A stretch of DNA of 64,000 bases from a bacterium (GTDB lineage Bacteria; Electryoneota; Electryoneia; Electryoneales; Electryoneaceae), in NCBI GenBank assembly GCA_963675295.2, contig CAXXKJ010000002.1, forward strand, positions 4,032,001-4,096,000. Direction: 5' to 3'. Position numbers and translations under genes: made by a program. Positions 58,723 through 64,000 of this stretch are shown here, piece after piece (within the stretch, counting starts at the first letter, position 1; the number at the start of each line of letters is the position of its first letter). The notes beneath the pieces are model-generated. The model ran no database searches. It saw nothing but the letters and a program-made list of their open reading frames with translations, and was not told the DNA's origin.

Positions 58723-59634
58723 ATGCAGATTGACAAGGATTCTGAGACCGGACAGTCGTTGATGCCAATCCTGCAGCTGATGCGGCCCAGCCAATGGGTC
58801 AAGAATAGCCTGGTGTTCGCGGCGTTGATCTTCTCCGGGGCGTATCTCAACCCGGACGACTGGATCATCGCGCTGCTGGCGTTTGCAGGATTTTCGTTGA
58901 CCGCGAGCGGTGTCTACGCGATCAATGACGTGCTCGACGTCAAGTATGACCGTCTGCACCCGGTGAAACGGAACCGTCCGGTGGCATCCGGCAGAATCGC
59001 CCCGACTGGTGCGATCCTCATTGCGATGTTGCTGTTCGCTGCCGGGATTGGAATCAGTCTCTGGATCAACACTGCGGCGGCAGTTCTCACGTCAGCGTAC
59101 GCAGTGATGATGCTGCTGTACAGCGTGTGGTTAAAGCATGTGATGCTGCTGGATGTGTTGATCATTGCGATCGGGCTGACCATGCGCGCGGTGTACGGCG
59201 CTGAGGCGATTGAGGTCAGCATCTCGCACTGGCTGGTGATCTGCGCGTTTCTGATTTCGCTGATGCTCGCGTTGGTGAAACGGCGGCAGGAGCTGGTGCG
59301 TATCGGAGAGGAGCTGGACAAGGGCCGTCGCAGCCTGCGTTCCGCGCCGCCACTTTCGGCGTGGGATCAGTGGATCAATTCGATCGCCGGGATCACGATC
59401 CTGGCGTACATCCTGTACACGGTGGATGAGCGAACCCTCGCGCATGTGGGCTCCACTCACCTCCTGTACACGACACCGTTTGTGATCTACGGCATCTTTC
59501 GTTACCTCGGACAGGTGCAACGTACACAGACGGGCGAGGATCCCACCGATGCCCTGCTGAGGGACACGGGGATTCGCATCGCGGTGATTGGCTGGTTGGT
59601 GATGGTGTTGCTGGTTCTTGGAGGAACGATATAA
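58723..59634 (+). CDS. UbiA-family polyprenyl-phosphate phosphoribosyltransferase (DPPR synthase-like); start may be 58762
   Basis: RP.QWVKN.LVF, YAINDVLD..YDRLHPVKRNRPVASG, YS.WLKH..LLDV, KRR.E and G.FRY...GEDPT motifs. Confidence 0.9.
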   Translation: MQIDKDSETGQSLMPILQLMRPSQWVKNSLVFAALIFSGAYLNPDDWIIALLAFAGFSLTASGVYAINDVLDVKYDRLHPVKRNRPVASGRIAPTGAILIAMLLFAAGIGISLWINTAAAVLTSAYAVMMLLYSVWLKHVMLLDVLIIAIGLTMRAVYGAEAIEVSISHWLVICAFLISLMLALVKRRQELVRIGEELDKGRRSLRSAPPLSAWDQWINSIAGITILAYILYTVDERTLAHVGSTHLLYTTPFVIYGIFRYLGQVQRTQTGEDPTDALLRDTGIRIAVIGWLVMVLLVLGGTI

Positions 59635-59648
59635 GTGATGGACGAACA

Positions 59649-61022
59649 ATGACATTGTGGCATCAGGAAACAATCGCTGGCTGGGGACGGTCCCGTGTCA
59701 GCGTCACCGACGCCGGCGATCCACGCCGTGTGGAGGAATTGCCGGACTATGTCGCGGAGCGCAAGCATCTCGTCGCGCGTGGTCTCGGCCGCAGTTACGG
59801 AGACGCCTCGCTGAACACCGGCCAGGCGGTTGTCCGGATGGAATCCGTCGACCGCGCGGTGGACTTTGACCGCGAGCACGGACGGATCGTGTGCGAGGCC
59901 GGGATGAGTCTCGACGATCTGATCACGATCACATTGCCCTCAGGGTGGTTTCCGGCGGTTACGCCCGGAACACGGTATGTCACCGTCGGCGGCTGCATCG
60001 CGGCGGATGTTCACGGCAAGAACCATCACGTCGCGGGCACATTTTCGCAGCACGTGAACTGGGTCGAGCTGCTGACGGCGGACGGAAGCGTCATCCGTTG
60101 CAGCACGAAAGAGAACGCCGACCTGTTTCACGCCACCGCGGGCGGGATGGGGTTGACCGGGATCATCGTGCGCGCGTGCCTGCAACTTCAGAGCGTGGAA
60201 TCGTCGTACCTTATGGTTCGCCGGGAACGCACGCTGACCCTGCAGGACACAATGCGGGCGCTGGTCGAGGGCGATCAGGAGTGGGAAGCGACGGTCGCGT
60301 GGCTGGATGGCGTCGCGCCCGAGACCCGCATGGGCCGTGGCGAAGTGATCCTCGGCAGGCATGTTGGAGGCGACGAATTGCCGGAACGCCTGGCACGCAA
60401 CCCGTTCCGTTCGCTGGACGATCCGTTGGTCGACCTTCCCATCGACATGCCGTTGAACATGGTACATCGCAGTATGGTGCGCGCGTTCAACCAGTTTCGT
60501 TTCAGCCGCATTCAGGAAGGCGACAGCTTCGAAAACGTGCGCCAGTTCTACTACCCGCTCGATGTCGCCCAGGGATGGAACCGTCTGTACGGACCGCATG
60601 GCTTCCACCAGTACCAGTTCGTGATCGGGGATGACGACGCGGAGTCGTTGATCGGCGACCTGCTGTACCGGTTCCACCGCAGCGGGCTGGTGGCGTCGCT
60701 GGTGGTGTTGAAACGCTTCGGCGCGGAGAGTGGCTGGTTGTCGTTCCCGAAGCCGGGTTGGACACTGGCGGTGGACGCACCGAGCAACGTGCGCCTTTTC
60801 GAGCTGCTGGAGGAGTTTGACGAACGGATCGTGGCAGACGGCGGCCGGATTTACCTGGCCAAGGACAGCCGTTTGGCGCCTGACCGTTTCCGCCGAATGT
60901 ATCCGGAGTATGCCGGCAAGTGGCTGGAGGTGAAACGCAAATACGACCCGGAATGCCGTTTTTCATCCGACTTGTCGCGGCGGTTGCGGATCGATGACGA
61001 TGTGCTGGGGGACGGGGCATGA
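59649..61022 (+). CDS. FAD-linked oxidase, DprE1-like
   Basis: ARGLGRSYGDA, TPGTRYVTVGGCIAADVHGKNHH, GGMGLTG, YPLD...WNRLYG..GF.QYQ and GGRIYLAKD motifs. Confidence 0.9.
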   Translation: MTLWHQETIAGWGRSRVSVTDAGDPRRVEELPDYVAERKHLVARGLGRSYGDASLNTGQAVVRMESVDRAVDFDREHGRIVCEAGMSLDDLITITLPSGWFPAVTPGTRYVTVGGCIAADVHGKNHHVAGTFSQHVNWVELLTADGSVIRCSTKENADLFHATAGGMGLTGIIVRACLQLQSVESSYLMVRRERTLTLQDTMRALVEGDQEWEATVAWLDGVAPETRMGRGEVILGRHVGGDELPERLARNPFRSLDDPLVDLPIDMPLNMVHRSMVRAFNQFRFSRIQEGDSFENVRQFYYPLDVAQGWNRLYGPHGFHQYQFVIGDDDAESLIGDLLYRFHRSGLVASLVVLKRFGAESGWLSFPKPGWTLAVDAPSNVRLFELLEEFDERIVADGGRIYLAKDSRLAPDRFRRMYPEYAGKWLEVKRKYDPECRFSSDLSRRLRIDDDVLGDGA

Positions 61023-61762
61023 TACAGAACTGGATCATTGCGGGCGCGACCGGCGGCTTGGGATCGGCGATCGCACGCGAGCTGGCGGATCGCGGCTGCA
61101 GCCTCAGCTTGCTGGCGACGGAGAACAGCCGCGAGGTGCTCGAACAGAACGCCCGCGACCTGGGGATCCGTTCCGGCGAAGAGGTCAAGACGAAGGTCTT
61201 CGACGCCCTCGCCACCGACGACTGGTCTGCTTTGATTGACGAAATGCGCCCTGACCCGAAGGAACCGTTCGGCGTGATCTGGGCCGCCGGCGTGCTATCC
61301 CCGCAGGACGAGTTGCAGCGCGACCCGGCGCGTGCCAGGCGCGATCACCAGCTGAACTACACCGCGGCGATGGAGTTTCTCGAGAACGCGGTGACGAAGA
61401 TGAAGCCGTTGGACGAAGGCCATGTCGTCGCGCTCGGTAGCCCCGCCGGGGACCGTGGACGGCGTTCCAATTATTTCTACGGCGCGTCGAAAGCTGCGTT
61501 GCACACGTATGTGGAAGGCCTGCAGCACCGGCTGGCGACCTCGGCAATTCGTGTCACCCTGGTCAAGCCCGGTCCGACCCGCACACGCATGACCGTTGGA
61601 ATGCAGAAGCCACTTATGTCCGACCCGAAACCGCAGGCGAAACGCATCGTGCAGGCAATTCGGGACGGGAAACCGTTGATCTACACTCCGCCGATCTGGT
61701 GGCCGGTGATGTGCATGATACGTCATCTGCCCCGCATCATCTTCAACCGACTGGATTTCTGA
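61019..61762 (+). CDS. Short-chain dehydrogenase/reductase, DprE2-like
   Basis: GATGGLG, S.AGDRGRRSNYFYGASKA, VKPGPTRTRMT and W..VM..IR.LP motifs. Confidence 0.88.
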   Translation: MIQNWIIAGATGGLGSAIARELADRGCSLSLLATENSREVLEQNARDLGIRSGEEVKTKVFDALATDDWSALIDEMRPDPKEPFGVIWAAGVLSPQDELQRDPARARRDHQLNYTAAMEFLENAVTKMKPLDEGHVVALGSPAGDRGRRSNYFYGASKAALHTYVEGLQHRLATSAIRVTLVKPGPTRTRMTVGMQKPLMSDPKPQAKRIVQAIRDGKPLIYTPPIWWPVMCMIRHLPRIIFNRLDF

Positions 61763-62292
61763 TGGCACCTCACCGACAAGGCCTCTCCAAACCGGGTATC
61801 ACCGGTATTGAGAACGAAAACGCGGTGGGTCCTATCCGCCGATGGTTGACGAAGATCTTCGGCACCGGGCTCGGCACCGGGTATGCTCCGTACGCGCACG
61901 GCACCGCCGCCAGCGCGCTGCTGGTGTTGTTGTGGGTCGTATTTGTGCCGAAGAACCGGCTCACGGAGTGGAAGGTCGCGCTGGCGTTGAACGCGGTCAG
62001 TGTTCCGCTCAGTGCGTGGGGCGAACGGATGTGGGGCGAAGATCCTGGCCGGATCACGATTGACGAATTCGCCGGTCAGGCGATTGCGTTGACCGCGATT
62101 CCGTCTCGCAAGCTGCCGTGGCTGATCATGGGGTTCCTGCTCTTCCGCCTGTTTGATGTCTTCAAGCTGCCGTGGACCCGGCGCAATGTCGAGACCATTC
62201 CCAACGGCCTGGGTGTCACGCTCGACGATACACTTGCGGGCGTGTTCGCATGGATCGTGATCTGGATTATGCGACTAAGCCCGAAACGGTAG
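61762..62292 (+). CDS. pgpA: Phosphatidylglycerophosphatase A family protein
   Basis: G.G.GY.P...GT..S, DPGRITIDEFAGQ, FLLFRLFDVFK and GVTLDDTLAG motifs. Start overlaps the SDR stop (TGATG). Confidence 0.85.
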   Translation: MAPHRQGLSKPGITGIENENAVGPIRRWLTKIFGTGLGTGYAPYAHGTAASALLVLLWVVFVPKNRLTEWKVALALNAVSVPLSAWGERMWGEDPGRITIDEFAGQAIALTAIPSRKLPWLIMGFLLFRLFDVFKLPWTRRNVETIPNGLGVTLDDTLAGVFAWIVIWIMRLSPKR

Positions 62293-62871
62293 TTACCCCT
62301 TCTTCCCCGCCAGCACCATGTAAAGGGTCTGTCCATCCGGGAGATTCAGCTCCTCCTTGTCGAATCCGGCAGCCGGTGTCGCGGCGAGGTCGAGCGCGGT
62401 CGCCTGCAACAGGATGTTCTGCGCGACGTGCCCGGCTTCGAGGTTCAGCGAATGAATCGCACGCGCGCCGACTTTGGCCTCCATCGGTTCGATCGTTCCC
62501 GCTATCAACACCGCCACCGCCGCACGTTTCACCACCTCCTGCCCGCCGGAGAGGGTGACCAGACGCCCCATCTCCGGACCATTCGGGATCGATGAAAGCG
62601 CTTGCTCCTGCGGGTGGTAGCGGTATGCGCCCGGATCGAGACCGTCAACGCGTGCCGCGACCACGTACAACTCCAGCGGATAGACGCCGTACCCGGACGG
62701 TGCAGTGCGATGCCCGAGTTCGTCGGTGATCCCCTGCCCTGCCCACAGCAGTTGGCTCAGGTCGGACAGAGTGATCGTGTCCGGGCCGATGGCTCGGATG
62801 GTTCGACGGTTGGCGAGTGCGTGTTCCAGCGAGATGCTGCTGTGGTGTCGTGGGGCGGGCAACGAGATCAT
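62293..62871 (-). CDS. SagB/ThcOx-like nitroreductase family protein
   Basis: [31 protein letters not shown] and [10 protein letters not shown] motifs. Confidence 0.88.
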   Translation of the reverse strand: MISLPAPRHHSSISLEHALANRRTIRAIGPDTITLSDLSQLLWAGQGITDELGHRTAPSGYGVYPLELYVVAARVDGLDPGAYRYHPQEQALSSIPNGPEMGRLVTLSGGQEVVKRAAVAVLIAGTIEPMEAKVGARAIHSLNLEAGHVAQNILLQATALDLAATPAAGFDKEELNLPDGQTLYMVLAGKKG

Positions 62872-63061
62872 GGTGTTCTCCTCTGCGTGCGTTCACTGCC
62901 GAAAAGGTACACACGGCGTCGTGGGTTTACTATCAGCCAGCCCGCCGCTAGGCGTTTGGACTTCTCCGTGTGGAGGTGAAACCGCTCCACCCCTGCCAGA
63001 GCCAACTCGATTTCCTATCTTCCAGCCATCACAACAACGATTACATGCGAGGGAGCGATTC

Positions 63062-64000
63062 ATGTTTGGTGAGATGCAGGAGTATCTGCAGCGTGAATTG
63101 GCGGGGATTCGTGCCGCCGGTCTGTTCAAGGAAGAACGCATCATTCAGACGCCGCAGGGTCCGCGGATTGAAGTTCCGCAGGGTGAGGTGCTCAACTTCT
63201 GCGCGAACAATTATCTCGGTCTGTCCGCGCATCCGGCGTTGATGGATGCTGCCCGGGAAGGGCTCGAGGAATGGGGCTACGGCCTTTCCAGCGTGCGCTT
63301 CATCTGCGGTACGCAGGGTGTCCACAAGCAGCTCGAGAAACGCATCTCCGACTTCCTTGTCAAGGATGACACGATCCTCTTCTCTTCGTGCTTCGATGCG
63401 AACGGCGCGTTGTTCGAGCCACTGCTTGGCCCGGAAGACGCGATCATCTCGGACGCCCTGAACCACGCGTCAATCATTGACGGGATCCGTCTCTGCAAAG
63501 CGCAGCGCTATCGTTACAAGCACGCCGACATGGCCGACCTCGAGGAACAGCTGAAGAAGGCGCAGGATCAACGGTTCCGGATGATCTTCACCGACGGCGT
63601 GTTCTCGATGGACGGCGACATGGCGAAGCTGCCGGAGATCGTGGCACTGGCGGAGAAGTACGACGCTCTGGTCGGTGTGGACGATTCCCATGCCACCGGC
63701 TTCATTGGCAAGACTGGCCGCGGCACCCCGGAACACTTCGGCGTGCTCGACAAGATCGACGTCATCACCTCGACGCTCGGCAAGGCGATGGGCGGCGCGA
63801 GCGGCGGCTTCATCTCGGGCCGGCAGGAGATTATCGACCTGCTGCGTCAGCGGGGACGTCCGTACCTGTTCAGCAATACGCTGAGCCCGGTAATCGCGAA
63901 GGGTTCGATCCGTGCCTTCGACCTGATCGATGAGTCCGAGGAGCTGATCGCCAACTTGCACCGCAACACCGATTATTTCCGCAAGGTGATGACCGACCTC
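63062..64000 (+). CDS. kbl: Glycine C-acetyltransferase (2-amino-3-ketobutyrate CoA ligase), truncated at the window edge
   Basis: Translated by eye: MFGEMQEYL...[61 protein letters not shown] and TLGKAMGG. Confidence 0.95.
   Translation, partial: MFGEMQEYLQRELAGIRAAGLFKEERIIQTPQGPRIEVPQGEVLNFCANNYLGLSAHPALMDAAREGLEEWGYGLSSVRFICGTQGVHKQLEKRISDFLVKDDTILFSSCFDANGALFEPLLGPEDAIISDALNHASIIDGIRLCKAQRYRYKHADMADLEEQLKKAQDQRFRMIFTDGVFSMDGDMAKLPEIVALAEKYDALVGVDDSHATGFIGKTGRGTPEHFGVLDKIDVITSTLGKAMGGASGGFISGRQEIIDLLRQRGRPYLFSNTLSPVIAKGSIRAFDLIDESEELIANLHRNTDYFRKVMTDL

Noticed and set aside
62293-62871. RiPP (azole) biosynthesis cluster suggested by the SagB-like protein
   Set aside because: No YcaO cyclodehydratase, precursor peptide or transporter adjacent; stand-alone members of this family are common.

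Overview
GC-rich bacterial chromosomal segment. It is most likely from the FCB superphylum, probably a poorly characterised lineage; this is inferred from seven secreted proteins ending in a T9SS/Por-type 'YPNPFN...K.[TV]LM[KR]' sorting domain. Housekeeping genes are two phosphate acyltransferases, methylmalonyl-CoA mutase mutA/mutB, a nucleoside phosphorylase, osmC-family, ppiD-like, topA-xerC-hpf-hprK-EIIA-EIIB, malQ and a partial kbl. Notable accessory content: (1) a pentaheme cytochrome c next to a Cyc2-like fused monoheme-cytochrome/porin, bracketed by simple repeats; (2) seven modular secreted proteins sharing an unnamed ~105-aa domain just before the sorting signal but carrying different N-terminal cargo; (3) an orphan protein that appears to combine a degenerate PLD-like fold, a McrB-N/EVE-like domain and beta-clamp-like motifs; (4) a ubiA-dprE1-dprE2-pgpA-like operon for a lipid-linked pentose donor; (5) a YARHG/DUF3160-CapA operon; (6) a family of GGGGACAC...GTGTCCCC palindromes, usually beside heptamer arrays; (7) a ~110-nt four-way-junction element flanked by 8-bp direct repeats. 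No rRNA, tRNA, CRISPR array or transposase was recognised. All family calls come from reading motifs by eye, not from database searches, and several start codons were moved to the RBS-supported position.
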